A program made the translations under genes and the position numbers. The notes beneath the pieces were generated by a model. That model ran no database searches, had not been told where the DNA came from, and saw nothing but the letters and a program-made list of their open reading frames with translations. From Mytilus edulis (Eukaryota), in NCBI RefSeq assembly GCF_963676685.1, contig NC_092354.1, positions 74,152,001 through 74,216,000 of the forward strand: a stretch of 64,000 bases of DNA, given 5' to 3'. This document shows, one piece after another, positions 26,133 to 39,300 of this stretch. Numbering within the stretch: position 1 is the first letter of the stretch; each line of letters starts with the position of its first letter.

Positions 26133-27303
26133 AATCAGATGTATTGATGAAATTCTATCGTATTCTTTATGGGAGGTAGAAAACTTTAAAATTGGTGGTT
26201 CAAGAGTCTACTATAAAAACTGGGCAAATGCGGGAATTTGGACAGTACAAGATTTGTTAGATGACCAGGGCAAAGTTATGTCATTTCAAAATTTCCAACA
26301 AATATATCAATTTAGGCCAAATATTTTACATTATTATGGAATAGCGCACTCGCTTAATGAGTGGTTAAACACGATTAATATTGAAGTAAAGGAGAAAAAA
26401 AATCATGCAATACTACCTTTTAACATAAGTATCTTTTTTGAATAAAAAAAAAGGTTCAAGGGAAATGTACAAAGTATTGAATGAAAAATATGTTACATTT
26501 GCTGCAAAGGAAAAATGGGAGAACCATCTTAATATGACTGGTATTAACTGGAAAAAAATACACACTTCGTGTACAAAATATAGTAAAAGCATTAAGCTTT
26601 GCTGGTTCCAATATAGAACTATCCATAGAATTTTGGGAACTAATTCACTACTTTACAAGATGAAAATAAATAGCAACAACATATGTACATTTTGTAAAGA
26701 AGGACCAGAGACCATAGAACATTTATTTTGTAGCTGTCCGATGGTTGCCAGTCTCTGGCATGCACTTAACATCTGGATTTTTGAAATGACAAATATTGAA
26801 CTGCCTTTGAATATTATGATTATTTTATTTGGTATCTACGAAAATGTTAAATTGAATTTTGTTAAAAATAAGATTATTCTACTTTCAAAATACTACATTT
26901 ACAGAACAAAACTACAAGAAGTTTTGCCAAATCTAAATGCTTTAAAAAAACTATTTAAAGGAACACTTGAACTTAGAAAAATACATTTCATTTAAAAACC
27001 TCTCTGTAGATGAATATAACAAATACTGGAGTCCCTGGCCCCTATCATAGAATAAATAATAAATGTTAAAATTTGATTGAAACACAACTTATGTATACAT
27101 GTATATTGCAAGAACACATAAGATTTCAATGTTATAAGATATTTATTTATTTTCAACCTATTATTGCACCATCATATATATTCAATTGTTGTTTTATTAT
27201 TTAATACTTCCTTTGTGTGAAAATGTCATTCTGTATACCTTTGTTCATACATGTTGTGCTAATTTATTTGTTACAATAAAGAACATTCATTATAAAAAAA
27301 AAA
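26133..27303 (+). mobile_element. 5'-truncated, frameshifted L1/Tx1-clade LINE (ORF2 C-terminus, 3'UTR, poly-A)
   Basis: ORFs 26254-26445 and 26438-26995 with FQYRTIHRILGTN and zinc-knuckle CTFCKEGPETIEHLFCSC; AATAAA at 27275; A tail; TSD aattaaggaatg / aattaagtaatg. Confidence 0.9.
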
Positions 27304-27435
27304 TAATTAAGTAATGTATCTCCCTCATGCAAAGCTCTGATTCCTTTCACGAATTTGACTATATTTTTTGGACCTTTTGGATTATAGCTCTTCATCTTTT
27401 ATATAAGCTTTGGATTTCAAATATTTTGGCCACGA

Positions 27436-27479
27436 GCATCACTGAAGAGACATGTTTTGTCGAAATGCGCATCTGGTGC
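27436..27479 (+). ncRNA. Type I hammerhead ribozyme (intact, identical to 25902-25945)
   Basis: gcatcactgaagagacatgttttgtcgaaatgcgcatctggtgc; predicted cleavage after 27473. Confidence 0.9.
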
Positions 27480-28619
27480 AACAAAATTAGTACCGTTGAT
27501 TTTATTTTTAACTTTTGTTGTCTTGCTTAAATGTCTCATTGATTTATTTATAACATGCAATAGCTGTATGGGTGTAGACGGTCATGCGAGCTTTTGACAT
27601 GGCTTGGCGCCAGTCAACTTGTTCTCAAATGGCTCCTCGAAGGAATTATTGTCCCTGTATCACCATTTTTAACCATTTTATGATGTTGATTTTAGCCTGG
27701 TTTGTTAGTGTAAACTGGTTTGTTGTCACTTGGTTTCAGTGGCCATCACTAGCCCTGGTGTCCTGTCACCATATATTTGTTCTGGCTAACAGAAGTTCCC
27801 CTGGAAACTTTGTTATAACAATGTCATTATATCTGTTCCTGTTGGAACAAATATTATGTACCCTTTATTCCGTAAGGAACAGATACTGTTACAAATACTG
27901 TAATATTTGTTCCAGTAGAAATAATATGACAGAATACGTATTACACTTAAAACTTATGTTATGAATTCAACTGACAAGAAGTTATATTCCCTCAATGATA
28001 TTTTTTTTTCATTTTATGTTGGCATTGAATAGTCGATTTGCCTCTTATAAAACTGATTTTTTTTTATTGGAAAATACCTTTGAAACAGGTTATTTCTCTT
28101 TGTCAATTTTAGACTGGTACCATACTGGGCAAAATAAAAGGCTGTCAATGCAAAACAAGAATAGACTAAATGGATATATAATAATATTAACCAACGATCA
28201 TTGATAAAAAAAAACTAGTTACACGCAAAGCTTTTAGGTAACAAAAGAATAAATGGAATGAAAAGAATTGAAAACCCTAGAGATAACATACAATACGCAT
28301 AGATGCGTTTAATCTTTCTGTTGGTTCTTCGTTGTGAAAAAAATAACAAAGCAAAAACGTGTTCGTCCTAAAGGAATTTCGCGGCTTAAACAATGTAATC
28401 CTAATAACAGGATTAATGACTGATTTGCACATGGACCAATGATTTAATATAAAAGCCATGGATAAAAAGTAACTTGAATTTTGAATATTTGAGCATAGAT
28501 AGAAGCCTGAGCAAGCATCAAATAAACAAAACGGTTCCATATCATAAACAAGTTTAAGTCATATGCATATTTGTGTCTTTTTGTTGTTGGTTTGTTACTG
28601 CTTATTGACATTAGACTCA

Positions 28620-29065
28620 TGTCTCGTCCTTGTATAGAAACAAATATAAAACGCATGTCAGGCTCGTCCTTGTATAGAAACATAAATAAAACGCATGTCT
28701 CGTCCTTGTATAGAAACATATATAAAACGCACGTCTCGTCCTTGTATAGAAACATACATTGAACTCACGTCTCGTCCTTGTTTAGAAACATATATAAAAC
28801 TGAAGTCTCGTCCTTGTTTAGAAACATATATAAAACTCACGTCTCGTCCTTGTTTAGAGACATATATGAAACGCACGTCTCGTTCTTGTATAGAAACATA
28901 CATTAAACTCGCGTCTCGTCCTTGTATAGAAATATATATATAACGCACGTTTCGTCCTTGTATAGAAACATATATAAAACGCACGTCCCGTTCTATTCGT
29001 TCTATTGGTATAGAAACATAAATAAAACGCACGTCTCGTTATATTCTTTCAATTTGTATAGAAAC
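28620..29065. repeat. 36-bp minisatellite, about 11 copies
   Basis: Unit gtctcgtccttgtatagaaacatatataaaacgcac. Confidence 0.9.
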
Positions 29066-32000
29066 AGTAAGCATTAATAGATATCAAATTGTAAGATTGA
29101 TGGAACCATTTTTCAGTTGATCGTATCATTTTACATTTATTAGTGATAATCAGAAGCACTTGAGAAAGGATTACTGTCAATATTTCCGATGAAACATTTT
29201 TATAAAATGATCAGTTTGATAATCAGAAGAAAAGAATGATATATATGAACACTAAGAACATTGTAAGGGGATTCAATAAGTACCTTCTGTATATTAGGTT
29301 ACATATTCACCAATTATGTTAAAGCAAATAAAATATTTAAATTAAAATTGCTGTTTTGAACTTTTTTAAAGGTCACATATAAGGTCACAAGGTTGCCTGT
29401 CACAACCCTTTCTTCCTAAAGATATGAATATATTAATGACACGGTTTATCTTAAGGTATGCTTTGAATATAGATTATCAAAAAAACTATATTTCAATGAA
29501 ATGATTGCTATATACAAACAAGCATTTAGTATATGAATCCGCTGATGTGAGTATTAATGCCTTTCTACGATATTATTGATTGTTTTGACCTATTTTGCTA
29601 GGATTGCTGTTAATTGGAGGACATCAAATTGATGAGACAACTCCCCATCGAAGTAACAATTTATAAAAGTAAACCATTATAGGTCAAGGTACGGCCTTCG
29701 ACGTGGACCCTTGAGGTTCACACCGAACAGCAAGCTATAAAGGGCTTCAAAAATTAATAGTGTAAAACCATTCAAACGGGAAATATATATATATATGCAT
29801 TAGTTGTAAGAAAACTAGTACAACAGGCAAAATGTAAATGAAGCTAGAATCCTTCATTTTTTCACTGCATTTTGGGACTTGTTTTAACTTTTACTTGAAG
29901 TGGAACTGGTTTCTTTTACATATTGTCAAATCGAATTTTGCCAATCGAATTCGACTGAATGTATCAGACGTCTGTTTAATAAATTAATTTAATAAAGTTA
30001 TCGTCGGTACAAGACTATCATTCGAAACTATAGATCAACATTCAGGCATCTTATACGTTCAGGTATTTTACATCCAATGTTTTACGGTAATATTCTTTAC
30101 AAAGCACAAAAATATCGGCATTTACCTCTAAAAGCTAACCAAACTTATAAACAACCTTTTTCAGAAGGAATATAGTTACGATACTGTTTTCAGGTCATTA
30201 AGAATGGCAAATTTTGGTATTACTATTGATTCACTCATAGGGTGATTGCATCGGAAATAAACACATTTATTCTAAAACCAGTTGTTGGCATGATACGGGT
30301 TATGTTCTTTTCATTTATTTTATGATTGTATGATACTAAACCCCTAACAGGAGGGATTGTGCTTGATTTAAAAAAAAAACATACATAATGGCCATATAGG
30401 TTATCATGTTTCTTTCTGAAAAAAATAAATGATTTCTTGCATTTTCAAATGTTTACGATCATACCAGATAGGAACCCAATTAGTCTGAGTGGAATATTTG
30501 CTCGACAACTCGAACCTAGACTCATAATTTAGTGTTCTAATCGCTGCAATGAGACAATAGTGCTAAACATCGTCTAAAATTAGACACACTGTCTGTTACT
30601 AGAAATGGAAAGTTATAATTTCTTTGTGTTATAGTTGTCTCAATATCATTTATACAACATAACTCAATACTGTTTGTCAGATGACGTAACCATGAGGGAA
30701 TGCATACATATCAGAAGGACATTACCTTATTAGCTTAATGGTACTTTGATAATAGAAAACATTTTCTGTAAAGATTAGCTGTTTTATCAAATAAAATTGC
30801 TATATTTGACAACAAAAGAAGAGATATATATAAGAATTGAAGATTGATAGAAATTGCAATCGCAAGATTGATTACAAATGTCAAAATCTTCTTTGTCATA
30901 TTACATTCATCAATAAAGAACGGATATGCAGGGAAACGAGTAACTGTCATCTTGACCGATGTGCCATTTTATTCTGAAGTATATTTTTATAATTCTTGTA
31001 TAGAATTGCCTAGGGATATATTGTAGATTTAACAAATAAAATACCAAAGTTCAAATAGAAAGAGCCTATTTGGTAATGATCTCATATATAGGTTTTTACA
31101 GTCGATGTAATGCAAGAGAAAAGCAGAATTATTTAATTCAGTATTCATACGAATCCGGAACAAACAATTATGAAAGGGACTTTTGGTCTAAATATAAAAT
31201 CAAATTAGAAAAAAAAATAGCCTTTTCGCAATACCATTTGTTAATTAACATTGTGATATTTTTTAACAGTTTAGTCGTTCAAAAAAAATTGGAACCGATA
31301 TTTTCATGTTGAAACATTGCATTAATTTAAACCGTGAAAGCATGTGAGCATTGTACAGGCTTAACATTTTTCGAGCCACATACAAGACCAAAGCAAAATA
31401 GTGTTTAATATATAATATTGATAATTACACAAACATAACATAGTGGTCATTTATTTACTCATCTAATTTTCATATTCGCCCAAAATTGATATCTTAACAG
31501 TAAATGTTCAAATTCCATTGAAGGTCAACGTAGGTTCTAGTTTTACCTCAGTTGTTTATACCATTGGCAATATAGGTCTTACTAGAAAATCTTGACTGTT
31601 GAGCTTAACTATTGAATACTCGAACTACATGCATGTTTCTATCAGAATGTCACTCCTCCTTAACATGCATGTTTCTATCAGAATGTCACTCCTCCTTATT
31701 TAACATGCATAAGGACGTTTTTGGTGGGGTTTACTGATTAAAGAATTTTAAAAACACAGTATATAGTAATTGGCAAAATAATATAAAGGAAAGGGGAAAA
31801 TAAATAAGAGAGAATACTGGTTTTATGGAATATAACGAAAATAGATAATGATGGTCAAAATGATATGAAAATAAAAAAATAAATGAAAGACCACTCCCCA
31901 ATACCGTCAAAAAGACCCTCATTAATGTGAAGTATTATATTCTTTTTATATACTGTCTTGATACGATCCAGTAAAAAAAGAGCTTTTTATTTAGAAATGT

Positions 32001-32512
32001 TCAATCGGAAATTTGTGTCCAAGATTCATTTTAGCAAAGTTTCGGGCTTATTTGATAAAAAGAGCCAATACACGATTTGCACGGGAGTCTTCTCCATTGG
32101 AAATAACACTACATGTACATTGTTTATGAAAAGTCGCATTATAAGCGCTCGCCAGATTATATCGCCTGTCCGTTGTTAATGGAATAGATGTTAACGATTT
32201 ATGTATTCAAAGTGTTTGACGAGTTCGTTTAGCTGCCAATTATCTGCTTTTACTGAAGTAATGCCCTTGGAAATATATAACTACAAATTGAAATGTATGC
32301 GACAACTCGCCTACATGTATGAAAGAATATTTATGGGAAAACAAATTGGTTAATGCCCCTGATCTCGACAGGGGACATTGGAACGCTGTTTTTTTAATTT
32401 TGTTATCATGAATGTCAGCTTTAATTTTTTTTTTATTGCTTTTTTTTTTTATCACTTATATTTATTCCATCAAATTGATAAACAAACATGATATACATGT
32501 AATCATTTACCA

Positions 32513-32947
32513 AAAGAGGGACGAAAGATACCAAAGGGACAGTCAAACTCATAAATCTAAAACAAACTGACAACGCCATGGCTAAAAATGAAAAAGACAA
32601 ACAGAAAAAACAATAGTACACATGACACAACATAGAAAACTAAAGAATAAATAACACGAACCCCACCAAAAACTAGGGGTGATCTCAGGTGCTCCGGAAG
32701 GGTAAGTAGATCCTGCTCCACAATATGGCACCCGTCGTGTTGCTTATGTGATTACAAATCCGGTACAATAGTCTAATTCGGTAGGTCACATTCATGAAAG
32801 GGAAGGGGATTGTAGTTACGACGTAAGGAACATATCCGATATCATTTGTGAAACGGTTATTCCATAACGGTCAACCAACTCGTGATTGCGTCCGTAAAAT
32901 TGACGAAGAGATGATTTCAACTTCACCATTTTGGAACTCTTGGTTTA
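32513..32947 (-). mobile_element. 5'-truncated retroelement (probably Penelope-like): C-terminal coding remnant plus 3' tail
   Basis: Minus strand reads MVKLKSSLRQFYGRNHELVDRYGITVSQMISDMFLTS*; flanked by the direct repeat tttaccaa; tail copies at 7407 and 45805. Confidence 0.7.
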
Positions 32948-33285
32948 CCAACGTGCTATACATTAGGTGTATCCATTCACTTAGTGCTGCAAGGAAATTT
33001 TCATTGATTGTCCTCGACTTTACCTTATGAAAAGATTATTTGAAGATATCATTAATTTTGACTTCAGCTTCAATATAATTTGATGAAAAAAATTGCATTG
33101 ATTTTATGGGAATGATTTGAATAGACATTAAACATATCACCAAGGGATGCTGAAGAGAATATTAACGATATTCATAAGCAGTCATACAGGTAAGCCGATG
33201 CACGATGATGAAAATATTATAGCACATTGCCCTGAAACGAAATTGAAAAAAATCGAGAATATGAAATTATATCTCTTATATAAGA

Positions 33286-33466
33286 TATAAGACATGGTCC
33301 TGTATATTCAATATTTCCTATGAATAAAAGGATTAAAGATATAAACTTGTGTTGTATTCGCCAATGTAACGAGTAAAAGACATAAGACATGATCATGTAT
33401 ATTCAATATTTCCTATGAATAAAAGGATTAAAGATATAAACTTGTGTTGTATTCACTAATGTAACA
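33286..33466. repeat. Tandem duplication of about 96 bp
   Basis: tattcaatatttcctatgaataaaaggattaaagatataaacttgtgttgtattc occurs twice. Confidence 0.85.
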
Positions 33467-34834
33467 AATATGATAAGTGGTATGCCATTATTTTGCATTT
33501 AATCTGTGCATATTAGACATGAATAATGTGAGTTGGTTTGGAATACTTTCTGGGTCCATGAACCGGATGTTTATTCGGCGATCTCGATCAATTTACAGAA
33601 TAGAAGAGTCGACTGGAAGTTCAGTAGAGACACCAGTAAAACATATCAGGTATTTAAAATTTACATGTGCTTCTTTATTTCATAACTGCTTCAGTGATAG
33701 CGTCCTTGCCTTTATTTCGAGCTCGGAGGTTTAAATCCGCGGCTGTTTCAAACCTAAATGTTTACGATATCTGGTAGATGCATCTTAGCTCATCGTGGAG
33801 TTTTTAGACGTCGGCCTGGCGTCCAAATGCTGTGTCTTAGATGGTTTACGTTTCCATGTGTACTGTTACCTTATGTGCTACAAGAGTAAACAAAGAGTTT
33901 AACCTCTGGGTCGGCTTTGAACAAAACTAGGTCTAAATCAGATATCATTAAAATGTTATGGTCGTGAATATACATGTGATAGTATCACACGAATCGAATT
34001 ATAAAATCACTTAACTCAAAAGCTGTAACTCGTCAATAAACAATTCATGTTTGAATTGCTAAGATGAAAATTTACTGACAGAGTACTCTGAATATAAACT
34101 TTTTTTTTTATAAATTCAGTAATTCAGATATAATGTTATAAATGATTTAAGCCAATTGGAATCCAGTTTTTATTATTTAGGTTTGGTTAACACGTGACGT
34201 CCTATTTTGAAATACTGTAGACTAAGTACGTTCATACAACAAGTTTAAAACTTGCATTGACCTCAATAAGGCTAACATTCTTTAATATGATATTGTCTAT
34301 AAGGTGTATAAAATGGAGCCTGTAATTCATTGGTCGTCGTCTGATACGGTCTGTCGTATTAGTTTTTAGTTTATCGTTTATTGTTTATCATGTATCAGCC
34401 CGCTCGACCTTTCAATTGTATCGTTTCACACTTTTTTCTTGCCTTGGTCTTTCATAGCTGACTCTACTGTTTGCCTTTGCTTATTGTTGAAGTTATACCG
34501 TGGCCTATGATTGATAACATCCACGTTATATCAAATCTGGTGGATTGATGTCTCTTGGTAATTACACCACATATCTTTTTATTTATTTACATGGTACAAA
34601 GTACTACAAATCATTATCTTGATCTAGTTTTGGTGCTCGCCGTTCCATGAGAAAATAACCCAAATAACTGGAAACCTTTTCTGACTTTCATCTCAAATAT
34701 TACTATCCATGACGATTCCTGTATGGTTTTACACTAGTCATTGTTGGGGGCCTTTACTATCTTGCTGTTCGGTGTGCGCCAAGGCTCCGTGCTGAAGACC
34801 GTACTTTGACCTTTAATGGTTTACGTTTACATGT

Positions 34835-35440
34835 TGTTACGGCCAGAAATCGCCTTTAAATTGTAGCCAACAAAAGACACAAATCAATAATAAAATTTAA
34901 CAAGATTTTTTATATAAAAGTTTACAAAAAGTATAACACAAATATTACTGTCAACTTAACTGTCAAAATATGAGTCCAATCTGTTATCTTTATCTGTATC
35001 CGGAAATCTTCTCGGAATCCAATCTGAATATTAAGTCCACTACTAAGGTCACAATCTAGTATGATGTTGTTTGTAGAGTAAAAGTGTCAATCCAAATGCT
35101 GTGAATACTAATGTCTATCGATGTATAAGTCTGAGAGTTTAAATTTAGTGTCTATATATATATAGTTGTCACGGAAATTTCTAGAAGACTCGAGAAATGG
35201 AACGTCCTAGACAGTTACATCGGAAGTTTTTAGTAAAATGTAGAGGTTTAAATTACGCATCTTTTATCAGGATCATTCTGGAATCATTATGTAAGTCAAA
35301 TGGAAAGTTCCCATCATTCTGTGATTTTTCCTGTGATTTCTAAACTGCACAGTTATAAAATTATTTTGTAAACAACTATCAGGCCACACAACACAAATTA
35401 GGCCAACATAAATAAATATAATAATTACAATAGCATAACA
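34835..35440. mobile_element. Solo LTR (Gypsy-like), 606 bp
   Basis: TGTTA...TAACA ends; 4-bp TSD atgt/atgt; splits a copy of the gatgtggtatga repeat family. Confidence 0.8.
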
Positions 35441-36174
35441 ATGTAATGACTTGGATTGGGAGTTGTCTCATGAACACTCATACCACATCCTCTTATATCT
35501 ATAAGGATGAATTACGTGTTTTCACTCGCAATATTATTATTCCGTACATGCAATTCATGCAAAACGGAACATCACGTTAATCTAAAGTTTATTCATATGT
35601 TGCCTGTTAGTTGACATCTTGTTATATTTGTGAGAAACCTTGTTAACCATATTTGATTTGGACAAGTTACGGTTTTGTCATGTTTGTTTAAGCGCAGTTT
35701 ATTTTGTATACTCATGGGAAATAAATAATTACTTATAAATCTTTGTCATCAACAGGTTTTATCATCTCAAAGCATTCAGGCATGACGGCTTTTGTCACAA
35801 TTATACACAATGTCTTTTCTCATGAGACTATCGTTATACATTTTCATTTGCTGCTGTTTAAACATTCAGTTTAAATTAATAACGAAGTTTAAACTGTATT
35901 TTGCAATTTACTAAACACTCCTAGAAATATTGAGCAGAATAGTGTGAATTTATTTCTGCGTATTGATTTCTCAAAGTAAGTTGTGTACTTCGGGTAAGGA
36001 AGGATGAAGCGAGTGTTTGGTCGGAGTAAGAATTCATTGGATAAACCAAATTGTACCTTGAGATCGTCATCATTCTCAACGGACTGCTATATAAGGTATT
36101 GTTAAAATACATTTTTGTTTCGAAAAATTGCAGCTCAGATAATTACTAACGTGTCAGGACCAATTAAAATTATT

Positions 36175-36345
36175 CCAGGTTTTTTGGCACATATTTGTTT
36201 GGAATTATGGACCCTCAATGCTCTTCACCTCTGTAATTGTTTGGCTTTATAACTATTTTGATTTGAGCGTCACTGATGAGTCTTATGTAGTCGAAACGTG
36301 CGTCTGGCGTTTTAAATTACAATCCTTAAACCTTCGATAACTATT
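36175..36345 (+). mobile_element. Retrozyme family B fragment
   Basis: Homologous to 127-252 and 63222-63366; contains a hammerhead core. Confidence 0.75.
36267..36310 (+). ncRNA. Type I hammerhead ribozyme, family B (one mismatch in stem II)
   Basis: GCGUCA-CUGAUGA-GUCU(UAUGU)AGUC-GAAA-C(GUGC)G-UC^-UGGCGU. Confidence 0.75.
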
Positions 36346-39300
36346 TTGGTACTTTGTTGCCCCTCCTTTAAACAATTTGAACACCTTTTCAATGTCGTTA
36401 CACTTTAAGTTGCAATACGTTTGGTAATGCTACCATATTGTTTATCGCAATGTTTAATAGTCAAAAACCTTTCATCATTGCAGACAAATATATCCATTCG
36501 AAGTCAGTTGTTGATTTAATATTGAAAATTTGTCTGCAATATCAATCCTACGCAAACGGTCGTTTTGTTTTTTAAAGAGATCAGGTTGTTCTTGTTCTTG
36601 TTCTTTCATAAAATTATCGTTCATTCATACAATAATCGTAAGAAGACTACACACGGTAAAACAATGTAATCTTATATCGTATTATTTGTTTTAATTGAAA
36701 ACAAATTTTGTTGCGCAGATAATTTGCGGAATGAAACCTGTGTTAAAGTTACATAACAAAAGGTTTGATTTCCTTTTTGTCATAATTCCGTAAGATTTAT
36801 CATTTTAATGATGAATAGATGATGAAATGAACTCGTGCAAACGTGAAAAATGCCACGTTCAGAGCAAGATGTATTCTTCTTTCATAGATTGACATATAGT
36901 TTGTCCATTTCAATATCAAATACGGGAATGCATGACAAATGAAGAAACGGATAGCACCATCTGACTAGTGGACGAGTCTACTTTTGTTTTTGACACGATC
37001 AAGCCTTACTTGTGTACGAAAATGATTGCACTTTTATTTCACTTCTTTTCGTGCTTGCAGATCTTTATTATTTTTTTTTTGGTTCGTGTGTTAACTCAAC
37101 TTGAGATCAGTTCATTGTTCATAACCTACACTTAGTTTGATTCTGTTTTTCAGATGCAATAAGTAATATGTCAATTATATACAATGCATATAATGATCTT
37201 TCAAATGCAGATATAAGAAGATGTTGTTTAAGTGCCAATGACACAACCTTCCATCCAAGTGACAATTTATAAAAGTAAACCGTTATAAGTCAATGTATGA
37301 AAGGTTTAATTAAGTTCTCTTTTTTAAATATGCAAATCCTCCGGGAGTTGACTACATCAATTTTCAAATTGGTTCATCCCTATCGTTCCTCATTATTCTA
37401 TTTATAATTGATGTTCACCCTGAGTATCACTAAAAAACAAATTTGTGTCTTGGATTTTGCAAATTTATTCTAGCTATCCAGATCTGTGTGGGAGGCCGAC
37501 GAATTCTTGCCTTCTACATTCATTTTCCGTAATAGAAATACGTTGCTATAGACCTTCTTATCTTACAAGCCACAACGCTTTATTGTATGACTAAGACATT
37601 ATTATTTGATGTTCAATCATACTACAATTTTCATTCTCTTTGTGTTCTTTATTTGATTACAAACGAACACATATGTCTGTTTTATTCAATTTTTGACACT
37701 CATTGTGCATTGAATCAGCATCTTCCTAAGATATTATTGTTTTCAATAAGCTATATGGCTGACTTTCATAGTATAAAGATGAATATATCCTTTTGTCATT
37801 TCATTACTTCTAGTATCATGGTTTTTCTTTCGTTTCTTTGTTAATTATCAAGTCTTGACTGAGATACTCTTAAGGGAGGAAACATTATGATTCGGTTAGC
37901 CTTGTGCATCTATACCCTCTTGGAAGACAGACAGGATAAATATTGCAGTCTAAAAAAATTGTTTGTGTTTTTCCAGTCCATACACTTTGAGGGTTAAAAA
38001 AGCTTTGTAGTTATGAATAGAATTCTATCACGGAAAAGACGTACTAGAAAAGAAATTCATCATTCAACTTTAGTTAAAATAGGAATATTACGCTCCATCA
38101 GGTTTGTGTGTATACTTCTTTTAACATGGATTACTCCATATGAAATGCTGTGATACATGTGTTTATCACTTTAGATGACTTTTCTCTGTTCGTTGTCTTT
38201 TGCTTTAAACTAGTTGCAAGTAACTGGAAGTACTCTCAGATCTCTACTTAGTAACTTTTGTGTTTTTGTTAGTTGTGTGTCTGCATTGTATCGATCTGAT
38301 GAGTTAAAACTTTTTCAAATGATTTGTAAAGTTTGCTCTTATGTTGTCCTGTTCCAATTCTGTCCCAACTTAGGGGTTGGGTTTTGCGCCAGCGAACATA
38401 TTTTACTGTTCCTGTATGTCATATTTGATTTTCGTTTATAGTTGTATTCATGCATCAGGCCGTTAGTTTGTTTTTTTTTAAATTTGGTTGGCATTTCTCG
38501 TCTGTTTGTACCTGACTATGTGGTATTAGGTTGGTTCGTTGTTGAAAGATGTATGATGGCATATATATTATTGTTAACTTTGATGTCATTTGGTGTCCGT
38601 TATAGATTTGTCTCATTGGCAATCATACCACATCTTCTGTCTATATTAGTCGGCTCTCCGGATGTTTCCTTTCTAATACTGGCTTTATTGTTCAAATAAA
38701 CAATATATAACTTGTTAGTCAGCACGTTAATCAAAGTCTTTAAACATGCAAGTATTAACAGATCACATAGAAAACATTGACAATAAAAGTTGTTGCTGTA
38801 AGGTAAATTTTTGAATTAGTTGCCAGCTTGTGCGATCAGGATCAATAGTGTTGGGCATATAATGTGGTTTTATCTGTGAATTACAATTAGTTGTCCGTGT
38901 GTGCAGTGGATATGAACACAAAGTCATACTTACAGAGTTCCTTATGAGCCTTTTCTGAGGGATCAGCAGATGATATATTGCAAGGAACACTTTCGTTTCT
39001 TCAAACTTCACTCAATTACTGTCTTATGTTCGATGGCTTTATTATAGTTTGCTTAAAGATCTAACGCAATGTGGAAGATCTAGAAGTGAAAGGAACCCAT
39101 GAAGGATGATAATCAGTTAGTCGCTTATTTCGGAACACAATTGGTATATATTTTGGTTTGGGCCAGCTATTATAATCTCGCCTCCGGGTGCGCTGTTTTC
39201 TCGCTGTGTTCGAGACTCGTTGGTGGCAAATCGGCTGTTTCTGCTATTTGGTCGGGTCGATGTGTCTTTGACAAATTCCCAACTTCAAAATAATGTTGTC

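Larger units (their letters stand above)
25784..27506 (+). mobile_element. Retrozyme family A: tandem 350-nt unit with two hammerhead ribozymes, interrupted by a LINE fragment
   Basis: About 185-bp direct repeat (25784-25971 vs 27317-27506), each copy containing a hammerhead. Spacing 1534 nt minus the 1184-nt insertion gives 350 nt. Confidence 0.85.

Noticed and set aside
28444-29032. Repetitive ORFs and a CRISPR-like 36-bp periodicity
   Set aside because: Head-to-tail minisatellite with no unique spacers and no cas genes, in a eukaryotic context
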